From positions 49,681-113,680 of the forward strand of contig CASFJO010000013.1 in assembly GCA_949295035.1 (NCBI GenBank): a stretch of 64,000 nt of DNA. The letters run 5' to 3'. The position numbers were made by a program, and so were the translations under genes. Source of the DNA: an uncultured Gemmiger sp. (GTDB lineage: Bacteria > Bacillota > Clostridia > Oscillospirales > Ruminococcaceae). Each line of letters begins with the position of its first letter. Position 1 is the stretch's first letter. Positions 18,175-27,471 of the stretch are shown here, one piece after another. The notes beneath the pieces are model-generated. The model ran no database searches and was not told where the DNA came from. It saw only the letters and a list, made by a program, of their open reading frames with translations.

Positions 18175-20730
18175 TTACTCCACCCGCTGCATCGGGGCGT
18201 AGTTGGCCATGGTCTTTTTCAAGCCCGCCTTTTCAAACTGAACTTCTACCAGACAGTCGCCGGACAGTGGTGTCACCTTGACCACCCGGCCCCGGCCAAA
18301 CACCTTGTGTTCCACCAGATCGCCAATCTTGTAGGCGGTAGCGGAAGCCGCAGGCTGCGGCGCGGCGGTGGCTGTCCAGCCGCCACGCGGAACCGGGCGG
18401 GCCGGTTCAGGGCTCGCCGCCGGGCGGGCCGAAGGGGTCCAGCCGGTGCGGGAACCGGAGGAAGGATCGGCGGACCGGTTCCGGGACGCGGAAGGCGTCC
18501 AGCCGGTGCGGGAAGCCGGCATGGCCGCCGCGGCCACCTGGGATCTCCATCCCGCACCGTAGCCGCCCAGGTCGCTGCGGCCGGAATAGCCGCTTACGCT
18601 GCCCTGCGGGCCGGAGGCGCGGCGCGCATAGGGCGACTGCTCCCACTCCACCAGTTCTTCCGGGATCTCCTGCAGAAAGCGGCTGGGCGGGTTGCGCCGG
18701 GTCATGCCGAAGATCATCCGGCTCTGGCTGCAGGACAGATACAGTTCCTTGCGGGCGCGGGTGATGCCCACATAGCACAGCCGGCGCTCTTCCTCCAGGT
18801 CCTCCTCCGAGAAGCGGCTCATCTCGCCGGGAAAAACGCTCTCCTCCATGCCCACCAGGAACACCACGTCAAACTCCAGCCCCTTGGCGGAATGAAGGGT
18901 CATGAGCACCACTGTGTCATTCTCCTCGTCGTAGCTGTCCAGATCGCTGATCAGGGCCACCTCTTCCAGATAGCCCGCCAGGCTGGCCTCCGGACCTTTC
19001 TGGTCGGCGTAGGTGCGCACGCTGGACACCAGCTGGCCCAGGTTTTCCAAGCGGGTCTGCCCCTCCTCGCCCTGGGCTTTCAGCATGGCCTTGTATCCGG
19101 TCAGTTCGATCACCTGGTTGGCAAACTGATCCAGCGGCAATGCGTCGGCCTCGTCGGCCATCTTATCGTATAACTCACAGAAACCCCGCAGCGCCCCGGC
19201 TGCCCGGCTCAGCGCCGGGTAGTCGCCGGCGTGGCGGCAGACCTCCAGCACGCTGCAGCCCAGCCCGGCGGCGATCTCGGTGAGCTTGTCCACCGTGGTG
19301 CCGCCGATCTTGCGGGCGGGTTCGTTGATGATGCGCTTGAGACGCAGATCGTCCCGGGGGTTGGCCAGGATGGTCATATAGGACAGGATATCCTTGACTT
19401 CCTTGCGATCAAAGAACCGCTGCCCCCCCACGATCTTATAGGGGATGCCCGCCCGGGCGAAATAGGTCTCGATCGGGCCGGACTGGGCGTTCATCCGGTA
19501 GAGCACGGCGCAGTCCCGCAGATGGCCGCCCTCTTGCAGGTGTTTGGCGATGGTGCGGGCGATGTGGGCAGCCTCATCCTGTTCATTCTCCGCCTGATAG
19601 GCCCGGATGGGCGCACCCTCCCCGTTTTCCGTCCAGAGGGTCTTGCCCTTGCGGCCCATGTTGTGGTCAATGACCTCATTGGCGGCCTGCAGAATGCGGG
19701 TGGTGGAGCGGTAATTCTGTTCCAGCCGGATCACCTTGGCGCCGGGGAAATGCTGCTCAAAGTTCAGGATATTCTCGATGGTAGCGCCGCGGAACCGGTA
19801 GATGCTCTGGTCATCGTCGCCCACCACGCAGATATTGCCACTGCCGCCGGCCAGCAGCCGCACCAGATGAAACTGGGCCACGCTGGTATCCTGGTACTCG
19901 TCCACCAGCACATAGCGGAACCGGTCCTGGTAGTAGCGCAGCACCTCCGGCTCGGTCTGCAACAGACGCACCGTGTGGTAGATCAGGTCGTCAAAATCCA
20001 TGGCCCCGGCGTTTTTCAGCCGTTTGGCATAAGCGGCGTAGAGTTTGGCCACCAGGCCGGCCTTGGTGTCGGCAGGGGCCTCCAGCGCCTCCTCCGGGCC
20101 GATCAGCTGATCCTTCATCCGGCCGATCTGGGAGAGGGTGGTTCTGACCGGAAGAAATTTATCGTCCACCATCAGTTCCTTGTACAGTTCCTTCATGGCC
20201 CGCTCCTGATCGGAGGAATCGTAGATGGTGAAACTCTGGGGAAAGCCCAGCCGCCCGGCCTCCCGGCGCAGAATGCGCACGCAGGCCGAATGGAAGGTAG
20301 AGGCGTTCACATCGCCCCCCTCGGTTTCTCCCAGCATGGCGGCCAGGCGGGCCTTCAATTCCCCGGCGGCCTTGTTGGTAAAGGTGATGGCCAGCACGTT
20401 CCACGGGCGGCAGGGCGTCTGGGCCAACAGCGGATAGAGCTGGGCCGGCGCGTCGGTACGCATGACCACGGCGGTGCGCAGGGCGGTGAGTTCCGGCTCA
20501 GTCACCGGGCGGGGCAGCCAATCGGAACCGTGCGCTTTGCCGAACCGGATGATGTTGGCGATCCGATTGACAAGCACGGTGGTCTTGCCGCTGCCCGCGC
20601 CTGCCAGGATCAACAGTGGGCCCTGAGTGGTAAAGACGGCCTGACGCTGCACCGGGTTCAGCTTGCCGAACCGCTGCTCGATATATTGGTCCCGCAAAGC
20701 GAGAAATTCGGTATCAAGTGAGGACTGCAT
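18175..20730 (-). CDS. pcrA: ATP-dependent DNA helicase PcrA/UvrD family
   Basis: Walker A AGAGSGKTT and motif II VLVDEYQDTS. A C-terminal low-complexity linker is followed by a Tudor-like tail YKIGDLVEHKVFGRGRVV. Confidence 0.92.
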   Translation of the reverse strand: MQSSLDTEFLALRDQYIEQRFGKLNPVQRQAVFTTQGPLLILAGAGSGKTTVLVNRIANIIRFGKAHGSDWLPRPVTEPELTALRTAVVMRTDAPAQLYPLLAQTPCRPWNVLAITFTNKAAGELKARLAAMLGETEGGDVNASTFHSACVRILRREAGRLGFPQSFTIYDSSDQERAMKELYKELMVDDKFLPVRTTLSQIGRMKDQLIGPEEALEAPADTKAGLVAKLYAAYAKRLKNAGAMDFDDLIYHTVRLLQTEPEVLRYYQDRFRYVLVDEYQDTSVAQFHLVRLLAGGSGNICVVGDDDQSIYRFRGATIENILNFEQHFPGAKVIRLEQNYRSTTRILQAANEVIDHNMGRKGKTLWTENGEGAPIRAYQAENEQDEAAHIARTIAKHLQEGGHLRDCAVLYRMNAQSGPIETYFARAGIPYKIVGGQRFFDRKEVKDILSYMTILANPRDDLRLKRIINEPARKIGGTTVDKLTEIAAGLGCSVLEVCRHAGDYPALSRAAGALRGFCELYDKMADEADALPLDQFANQVIELTGYKAMLKAQGEEGQTRLENLGQLVSSVRTYADQKGPEASLAGYLEEVALISDLDSYDEENDTVVLMTLHSAKGLEFDVVFLVGMEESVFPGEMSRFSEEDLEEERRLCYVGITRARKELYLSCSQSRMIFGMTRRNPPSRFLQEIPEELVEWEQSPYARRASGPQGSVSGYSGRSDLGGYGAGWRSQVAAAAMPASRTGWTPSASRNRSADPSSGSRTGWTPSARPAASPEPARPVPRGGWTATAAPQPAASATAYKIGDLVEHKVFGRGRVVKVTPLSGDCLVEVQFEKAGLKKTMANYAPMQRVE

Positions 20731-20885
20731 AAACAAAATAGCCTTTCTGTAAGGGTCTTGAGCCGGGATTGCTCAAAGCAAAACTATTATACCACAACCC
20801 TTTGTGCTAAAAAAGGGCCACGGGCAAATTTGACACCAAATTCGCCCGTGGTGCATGGCGGAAGAAGGCGCGCAACTTTCCCGAC

Positions 20886-20921
20886 ACAAAAAAGCCCGCC
20901 GTTCCGAAGAACGACGGGCTT
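20886..20921 (-). terminator. Rho-independent terminator after the OadG/OadB pair
   Basis: Minus strand AAGCCCGTCGTTC-TTCG-GAACGGCGGGCTT followed by TTTTTG. A second hairpin plus T-tract follows at about 20815-20850. Confidence 0.8.
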
Positions 20922-20935
20922 TGTCATGTACGAAA

Positions 20936-22129
20936 TCAGCCGAAGATGTTGATCAGGATACCGGCCGCCACCGCGCTGCCGATCACGCCGGCCACATTCG
21001 GGCCCATAGCATGCATCAGCAGGAAGTTCTGGGGGTTCTCGGCCTGGCCGACCTTTTGGGACACACGGGCCGCCATGGGCACCGCGGACACGCCCGCGGA
21101 ACCGATCAGCGGGTTCACCTTGCCGTGGGTGGCCCAGCACATCAGCTTGCCGAACAGCACGCCGCCGGCGGTGCCGAAGCCGAACGCGATCAGGCCCAGC
21201 ACGATGATCTCCACCGTCTCCAGGGTCAGGAAAGTGTTGGCGCTGGTGGTGCAGCCCACCGACACGCCCAGGAAGATGGTGATGATGTTCATCAGCTCGT
21301 TGCCGGCCGTCTTCTGGATACGGTCCACAACGCCGCTTTCCTTCATCAGGTTGCCCAGCATCAGCATGCCTACCAGGACCGCGGAGTCCGGCAGGATCAG
21401 GCTGACGATGATGGTGCAGAGGATGGGGAAGATGACCTTCTCGGTCTTGGAGACGGTGCGCAGCTGGCTCATCACGATGCAGCGCTCTTTCTTGGTGGTG
21501 AGCGCCTTCATGATGGGCGGCTGGATGACCGGTACCAGGGCCATGTAGCTGTAGGCCGCCACGGCAATGCTGCCCAGCAGATGGGGCGCCAGCCGGGAGG
21601 TGACGAAGATGGCGGTGGGGCCGTCCGCGCCGCCGATGATGCCGATGGAGGACGCCTCAGCACCGCTGAAACCCAGCCAGCGGGCGCCCAGGAAGGTGGT
21701 GAAGATGCCCAGCTGGGCGGCAGCGCCCAGCAGCAGGCTCTTGGGGTTGGAGATCAGGGGACCGAAGTCGGTCATGGTACCGATGCCCAGGAAGATCAGC
21801 GGCGGATAGATGCCCAGCTTGACGCCCATATACAGCATATCGCCCAGGCCGCCGTTGTTTAGGATGTCGATCCAGGAGGGGTGCAGCAGAACTTCATCGC
21901 CCACGCCGATAAAGTATTGCATGTGGATGATGTTGCTGCCCGGCAGGTTGGCCAGGATCATGCCGAAGGCGATCGGCAGCAGCAGCAGCGGCTCAAAGCC
22001 GCGGACGATGGCCAGATACAGCAAAAAGCAGCCCACCACCAGCATAACGATGTACAGGGGCTCCTGCGCCAGGCCGGTAAATCCGGAGTTCTGGATAATA
22101 CTAAGAAGGGTTTGCCAAATTGCGCTCAT
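20936..22129 (-). CDS. sodium ion-translocating decarboxylase, beta subunit (OadB/GcdB/MmdB family), copy 1
   Basis: 397 aa, polytopic. Family pattern FEPLLLLPIAFGMILANLPG...IGIIGGADGPTAIF. Confidence 0.9.
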   Translation of the reverse strand: MSAIWQTLLSIIQNSGFTGLAQEPLYIVMLVVGCFLLYLAIVRGFEPLLLLPIAFGMILANLPGSNIIHMQYFIGVGDEVLLHPSWIDILNNGGLGDMLYMGVKLGIYPPLIFLGIGTMTDFGPLISNPKSLLLGAAAQLGIFTTFLGARWLGFSGAEASSIGIIGGADGPTAIFVTSRLAPHLLGSIAVAAYSYMALVPVIQPPIMKALTTKKERCIVMSQLRTVSKTEKVIFPILCTIIVSLILPDSAVLVGMLMLGNLMKESGVVDRIQKTAGNELMNIITIFLGVSVGCTTSANTFLTLETVEIIVLGLIAFGFGTAGGVLFGKLMCWATHGKVNPLIGSAGVSAVPMAARVSQKVGQAENPQNFLLMHAMGPNVAGVIGSAVAAGILINIFG

Positions 22130-22148
22130 TCCTCACACAGCTCCTTTC

Positions 22149-22571
22149 TCAAAACGGGGCGGTGTTGGACTGAACACCGGCCTGACCCCAAGCCTTGCGA
22201 CCGCCCGCCTGTGCGGTACGGGACACGGGTTTGATGGAGCGGATGGCAAAACCGCCCTGCTCCACGCTGGCCACCGCGGCGGCGATCACCGCCACGATCT
22301 CCGGGGCCACAGCGCCGGGAGCCGGCAGGACCGCGGCGGCGGACACATTGCCGCCCGCTGCGGGTGCGGAAGGCGCGGGCGCCGACGGAGCCGGCGCGGA
22401 TTTCGCCTTCTTTTTGGCCTCCAGAGCGTCAAAGAACTTGCCCTGCAGCGTGATGATCAAGGTGAGCAGGATCAGGATCAAAAAGACCAGCAGCAGACCT
22501 GTGACAACCACCGTGAGATTACCGGGTTGCGGCTTGATCGCGAGCAGAGCCGGGATAAAGGATGTTCCCAT
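22149..22571 (-). CDS. OadG-family small subunit of Na+-translocating decarboxylase
   Basis: 140 aa from ATG 22571, with AAAGGAGG RBS. Single N-terminal TM, an Ala/Pro-rich linker (APAPSAPAPSAPA), and a conserved IVAVIAAAVA tail. Immediately upstream of OadB. Confidence 0.75.
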   Translation of the reverse strand: MGTSFIPALLAIKPQPGNLTVVVTGLLLVFLILILLTLIITLQGKFFDALEAKKKAKSAPAPSAPAPSAPAAGGNVSAAAVLPAPGAVAPEIVAVIAAAVASVEQGGFAIRSIKPVSRTAQAGGRKAWGQAGVQSNTAPF

Positions 22572-22766
22572 AGAACAAACCTCCTTTTGAGAATGGGACT
22601 GTGAACAATATCTTGTAACATTATAAAAGAAAAGGCGATTTGTTTCAAGACCCATCAGGATTTTTTTAACAGCCGGGACAAAAAACGCAGACGGTCGTAT
22701 AAATCCGCGGCGCATACAAAAACCGGGGCCCTGACAGGTCCCGGTTTTTGTGTGATTCGATCGAAA

Positions 22767-24227
22767 TTACTCGTGGCGGATAGCTTCCAGCGCGCTGATC
22801 TTGGTGGCGCGGTGAGCCGGCCACAGACCGCTCAGCACCCCTACCAGCATGGAGAAGCCCAGCCCCAGCAACACCAGCCAGGGCGGGATAATGGACATAT
22901 CGCCGCCCATGCCGCCCATATTGCCCATCATATTGGTCAGGCCGCTCAGGTCGATGCCCTCGCCGCCGAAGAAGGCCACGATGGCGTTCAGGTTATTGAG
23001 TACGGCGGAGGCCGCAAAGCTCAGCACCACGCCGATGGCGCCGCCCAGCAGGCCAATGCTGCCCGCCTCCACCAGGAACAACGCGCGGATCTTGCCCACC
23101 TCGCAGCCCAGCACCTTCATGACGCCGATCTCCTTGGTACGCTCGTAAATGGACATCATCATGGTGTTGGCGATGTTCAGCGCGGCCACCAGCAGCGCCA
23201 CCGCCGCGGTGCCGCCCAGGATCATCTGGCTCTTGGCCACGCTGGCCTGCATCTCGTTGCGGATCTGGGTCATGGAGTTGGTCTGTTCATAGCCGATGTC
23301 GTGGAGCCAGTTTTCCACATCCTCCACGTTGTCCACATCGTCCACCTTTACGTAGACCTCCTGGTAGCCGTTGTCCTGCTCCCGCATGACGCCGCCGGAA
23401 CCGCTGATGATCACACTCCCGGAGGAGGAGTTCTTGTTGCCGCTGAGTTTTTGGTAGGCCTGCTCCACCATCTTCATATCCGAGATGCGCATAGCGATGC
23501 CGGACTCGGTAAAGTAGTGCTTGGATGTATCGGAGACAAACACGCCCATGACCACCAGTTCAAAGTCCTGGGTCTTTTCGTTGCCGTTGTTGTCATAGGC
23601 CACCAGCCGCAGAATCAGTTTGTCCTTTTCCACATCCACAAAAGGCGGGACCGGATTGCCCAGGGAATCGGTCTCCCCCGCCCAGCGCTGGCGCTTGCCG
23701 CTGTTCCAGCTTTTGCGGGTGTCCTGGAACCCATACCCCATGTTGGCGCCCACCAGCACCGGGATCTTCTTCTTACCCAGGTTCAGATCGTCCGGGATCC
23801 AGTTGCCGCTCTGCAGCTGGAACTCCATTGCCTGCAGCGCGGTCATGTCCACGCCGTAGCTTTCATAAAAATAGGCCTCATACCGGTCATTTTTGCCGGC
23901 ATAGATGCTGGCGTTGACATTATTGGCCGAATAGAACGGGGTGGCCGCCACCACATGTTCCTGCGCACGGATGGTATCCAGCATCTCGTCGTCCAGCTTT
24001 GGGGTCTCCCCCACCGAACCGTAGGCATAGTTCCAGATCTGGATCTGGGTCAGATCGCCCCAGCTTTGCAGCATGGCTTCATTATTGGCATTGCTGGCAA
24101 TGCCCAGGCTGATCAGCACAATGATGGCGAAGGTGCCCACCACCACGCCGATCACGGTCAGGGCCGTGCGGCCCTTGCGGCGGCGCAGGTTGTCCGCGCT
24201 GAGCCGCAGCAGATCAGATATCTTCAT
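22767..24227 (-). CDS. ABC transporter permease, FtsX/MacB-like
   Basis: 486 aa. N-terminal TM, large extracytoplasmic domain, and a C-terminal FtsX 3-TM bundle (ERTKEIGVMKVLG). Confidence 0.85.
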   Translation of the reverse strand: MKISDLLRLSADNLRRRKGRTALTVIGVVVGTFAIIVLISLGIASNANNEAMLQSWGDLTQIQIWNYAYGSVGETPKLDDEMLDTIRAQEHVVAATPFYSANNVNASIYAGKNDRYEAYFYESYGVDMTALQAMEFQLQSGNWIPDDLNLGKKKIPVLVGANMGYGFQDTRKSWNSGKRQRWAGETDSLGNPVPPFVDVEKDKLILRLVAYDNNGNEKTQDFELVVMGVFVSDTSKHYFTESGIAMRISDMKMVEQAYQKLSGNKNSSSGSVIISGSGGVMREQDNGYQEVYVKVDDVDNVEDVENWLHDIGYEQTNSMTQIRNEMQASVAKSQMILGGTAAVALLVAALNIANTMMMSIYERTKEIGVMKVLGCEVGKIRALFLVEAGSIGLLGGAIGVVLSFAASAVLNNLNAIVAFFGGEGIDLSGLTNMMGNMGGMGGDMSIIPPWLVLLGLGFSMLVGVLSGLWPAHRATKISALEAIRHE

Positions 24228-25659
24228 CGCTGTCCTCCAACTGCGCCAGTTTGGCGGCCTTCTTCTTGCGCACGATAATCACGGCCGCCACGCCGCCGCC
24301 GATCACCACAACCGCCAGGATGATCCAGACGAACACCGGCACACCGCCGGAGGGCTCTTCCACCTCCATGCCCATGGTGGGATCCATGGAGGGGTCCATC
24401 CACATGTCGCCGCCGCCCATGCTCTCCTCCACAGTGCAGCTGAAAGTCTTTTCCAGGGCGACCACCTTGCCCTGGGCGTCCTCATAGCTGAGCACGATGG
24501 TGCCCTCGATGGTGCCGGCCTCGTTGGCCATCAGGGAGAAGTCCACCGAGTTTTCGGTGCCGGCGGCCAGGTTGCCCAGGTACTGGCTCTGACCGGGGTT
24601 GGCCATGTTGCCCTTCAGTTCGGCGGACAGGTTGTTGACCTGCATCTTGCCCTTGTTGACAAAGGACAGGGAGAGATAGCCCTCCTCGCCCACCATGATG
24701 GTCTCGGGGGCTTCCAGGTTGGTGATTTCAAAGCGGTCCGGCTGGGTGACCGGCACCGACACACTGGTGGAGCCGTCGGTGGTGGGGGCCGCACCGGTGC
24801 TCTTGCCCTTGCCGGACAGGCCCACCGAGAACTTGGCCACGCCGCCGGTGAAGTTGGCGCCGGGCAGGATCTGATAAACGACCTGGCGAGTGCTGCCGGG
24901 AGCCATCTCGCCCAGATAGACGTTCAGGTTGCCGTTGGCCAGGGTGACGTTCTCATCGTTGATGCCCAGGGTGACCATGACGTCGCTCAGGTTTTCACCG
25001 CCGTCGGTGGCGTAGATGGTGAGGGTCAGGTCAAAAGGCTCACCGGCGGCCACGCTGGTGCCGCCGAAGCTGGACTCCTTCAGGATCAGGCCCGGAGTCT
25101 TGGGCTGCGGGGTGGGGCTGGGTTCGGGAGTCGGTTCCACTGTGGGGGCCGGCGTGGCGACCGCTATCTGACATTCCGCGATCACCAACGTCTTGGTCGC
25201 CCCGCCGATGGAAAAGTCGATGGTATTGGAAGGGCCGTTGTACTTGATACCGCTGAAGGTCACAATGCCTTTCCCCGGCGATCCCGCGACCGGTTCCGCC
25301 GTGATCGAGCCGCCCTGCTGGACAAAATTCTCGCCCGACAGGCTATTGCCGTACGGCTCATGCCAGCTGCCGGTGTAGGTGAAGTAGACCTTGATCGTCA
25401 GATCCGACTGATACAGTTCCACGTTGGTCAGCGGGGTAAAGGCGGAACCCGTCACAGCACCGCCCTCTTCGCCGCCCGCAGCGGTTTCCGTGCCGATCTG
25501 ATAGGAATCAATGGAGAGCATCGAGAAAGTCCCCTGCGAAGCATCCGCCCCGGCCGGGGAGGATGCCTGCGCAAAAACGGGGAACGCGGCGCTCAAGCTG
25601 CACAGCAGTGCCAGCGCCAGGATCGTACTTACCATACGGTATGCTCTTTTCATAATCAT
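24214..25659 (-). CDS. secreted, C-terminally membrane-anchored surface protein (beta-sandwich/CARDB-like repeats)
   Basis: Signal peptide ...FPVFAQA, then a Thr/Pro linker (PAPTVEPTPEPSPTPQPKTP). C-terminal TM plus RKKK stop-transfer. Overlaps the permease start by 14 nt. Confidence 0.6.
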   Translation of the reverse strand: MIMKRAYRMVSTILALALLCSLSAAFPVFAQASSPAGADASQGTFSMLSIDSYQIGTETAAGGEEGGAVTGSAFTPLTNVELYQSDLTIKVYFTYTGSWHEPYGNSLSGENFVQQGGSITAEPVAGSPGKGIVTFSGIKYNGPSNTIDFSIGGATKTLVIAECQIAVATPAPTVEPTPEPSPTPQPKTPGLILKESSFGGTSVAAGEPFDLTLTIYATDGGENLSDVMVTLGINDENVTLANGNLNVYLGEMAPGSTRQVVYQILPGANFTGGVAKFSVGLSGKGKSTGAAPTTDGSTSVSVPVTQPDRFEITNLEAPETIMVGEEGYLSLSFVNKGKMQVNNLSAELKGNMANPGQSQYLGNLAAGTENSVDFSLMANEAGTIEGTIVLSYEDAQGKVVALEKTFSCTVEESMGGGDMWMDPSMDPTMGMEVEEPSGGVPVFVWIILAVVVIGGGVAAVIIVRKKKAAKLAQLEDSDEDI

Positions 25660-25673
25660 GTTTCCTCTCTATC

Positions 25674-26456
25674 TCAGTTCTGCGCCGGTACGGTGGTCTG
25701 GGGCTCCGCCGGCGCAAGGTCCACCAGATCTTTGAACATTTCGGCACGGCTGCGCTCGCGGGTGGCCTCATCCACCACCACATCGCTCTGCACCTTGCCG
25801 TCCATAATGGTGATCACCCGGTCCGCGCAGCCTGCCAGCTCCCGCTCGTGAGTGACCATCACAAAGGTGATATTGTTTTCCTGCGCCATCTGCAGGATGC
25901 GGTACAGCACCTGCCGGGTAGTGGCGGAGTCCAGGTTGCCGGTAGGCTCGTCGGCAAAGATCACCTTCGGCTTTGCCACGAATGCCCGTGCGATGCCCAC
26001 CCGCTGCTGCTGACCGCCGCTCATCTCGGTGGGTTTGTGATTGGCCCGCTTGGACAGGCCCATCTTTTTCAGTTCTTCTTTTGCCAGCGCCAGCCGCGCT
26101 TTGCGGGGCATCCCCTTGAACATAAGGGGCAGCGCCACATTCTCCGCCGCGGTCAGGTTGGGCAGCAGGTTGTAGCTTTGAAAAATAAAGCCCAGATGCG
26201 CCTGCCGGAACTTTGCCAGTTCGTTCTCGTTCATGGCGCTGATCTCGTGTTTGCCGATAAATACCTGCCCGCGGGTGGGTTTTTCCAGCCCGGCCAGCTG
26301 GTTGAGCAGGGTGGATTTGCCGCTGCCCGACGCGCCCACAATGCAGCATACCTCCCCCGGCTCAATGGCAAGGTTCACGTCGTTCAGGGCTATGACCTTT
26401 TCATGCCCCACCCGATAGACCTTGCGCAGGTTTACCGTTCGGATAATGGGAGCCAT
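25674..26456 (-). CDS. ABC transporter ATP-binding protein (MacB/LolD-like)
   Basis: Walker [10 protein letters not shown], signature MSGGQQQRV, Walker [13 protein letters not shown]. Confidence 0.92.
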   Translation of the reverse strand: MAPIIRTVNLRKVYRVGHEKVIALNDVNLAIEPGEVCCIVGASGSGKSTLLNQLAGLEKPTRGQVFIGKHEISAMNENELAKFRQAHLGFIFQSYNLLPNLTAAENVALPLMFKGMPRKARLALAKEELKKMGLSKRANHKPTEMSGGQQQRVGIARAFVAKPKVIFADEPTGNLDSATTRQVLYRILQMAQENNITFVMVTHERELAGCADRVITIMDGKVQSDVVVDEATRERSRAEMFKDLVDLAPAEPQTTVPAQN

Positions 26457-26483
26457 CGCTTCACCTCAGTTCCTCTCGCTTTT

Positions 26484-27281
26484 TCAAATCAATGACAAGA
26501 TCCCCACGAACGGATGGATCCACCCGGTGAGCGAGGACTTGAACACCCAGTAATATAAAACCGCGAATACCTCACGGAAATAGCAGGGCATCACAGAGAC
26601 AAGGCTGATCCCTGCCGGCAGGGTACGCACCTGCGAAAAGCCCGCCCGGCGGGCATAGCACCCGGCCCGGTAGCAGTGGAACGCATTGGTGACCACGGCC
26701 ACCGGCGCGTCGGCAGGAACGCCGGCCTGCTCCAGCAGCGCGCGCGCAAAGCGGAGGTTTTCCTCGGTGGAGGTGCTGGCGTCATCCACCAGTATCTGCC
26801 CGGAGGGCACCCCCTGAGCCACCAGATAACCCCGCATGGCCTGCCCCTCCGGCAACGCCTCGCCGCTGCCCTGGCCCCCGGTGGTGACAATGAGCATGTC
26901 GGGATGCTGCCTCCAATAGGCCAGCGCCGCGTCCAGACGGCGGCGCAGCACATCGGAAAGCCGTTCCCCCCGCAGCGCCGCGCCCAGCACGATGACCGCC
27001 CGCTCATCCCCCCGGGGCTGGTTGGAGTAACCGCTCACCGCCACAAATGCCAGCAGCGCACAGAACAGCCCGATTCCGCAGAAAAACACATTGCGCAGCA
27101 CGCGCCCCACCCCGGCCGCGCAAAACGCGTCAATCGGGCCATGGAACAGCCCATAGATCCAGAGCATCGCGGTAATGCCGTAGATGACCAGGATACCAAA
27201 ATTAAAATTGGAGCGAAAAGTGCGCAGTACGCTGTCGCCCAGAAACAGGACGGCCAGCGCCCAGATTATGTACAGTTTCAC
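26484..27281 (-). CDS. YdcF/DUF218 family membrane protein
   Basis: N-terminal TM helices followed by the DUF218 core VIVLGAAL...IVTTGGQG...STSTEENL. Confidence 0.75.
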   Translation of the reverse strand: MKLYIIWALAVLFLGDSVLRTFRSNFNFGILVIYGITAMLWIYGLFHGPIDAFCAAGVGRVLRNVFFCGIGLFCALLAFVAVSGYSNQPRGDERAVIVLGAALRGERLSDVLRRRLDAALAYWRQHPDMLIVTTGGQGSGEALPEGQAMRGYLVAQGVPSGQILVDDASTSTEENLRFARALLEQAGVPADAPVAVVTNAFHCYRAGCYARRAGFSQVRTLPAGISLVSVMPCYFREVFAVLYYWVFKSSLTGWIHPFVGILSLI

Positions 27282-27425
27282 CCGTTGAATCCCCTCTTCC
27301 CCTCCCGCCGCCGACCAACCGGTCGGCAGAGTGTTCAGTCATAAAACGATTCGGCTCCGCGGATTATTTCATTCCTTTATGGATATGCTGGATATTGGCA
27401 GAACCGGCGTCGGCCGGGCCGCGGA

Positions 27426-27463
27426 GAAAAAACGTTCCCGCCCCGGCGGAGGGGGTGGGAACG
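27426..27463 (-). terminator. Rho-independent terminator after deoB
   Basis: GC-rich hairpin GTTCCCGCCCC...GGGGTGGGAAC, followed by a T6 tract on the minus strand. Confidence 0.75.
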
Positions 27464-27471
27464 CAATGCGA

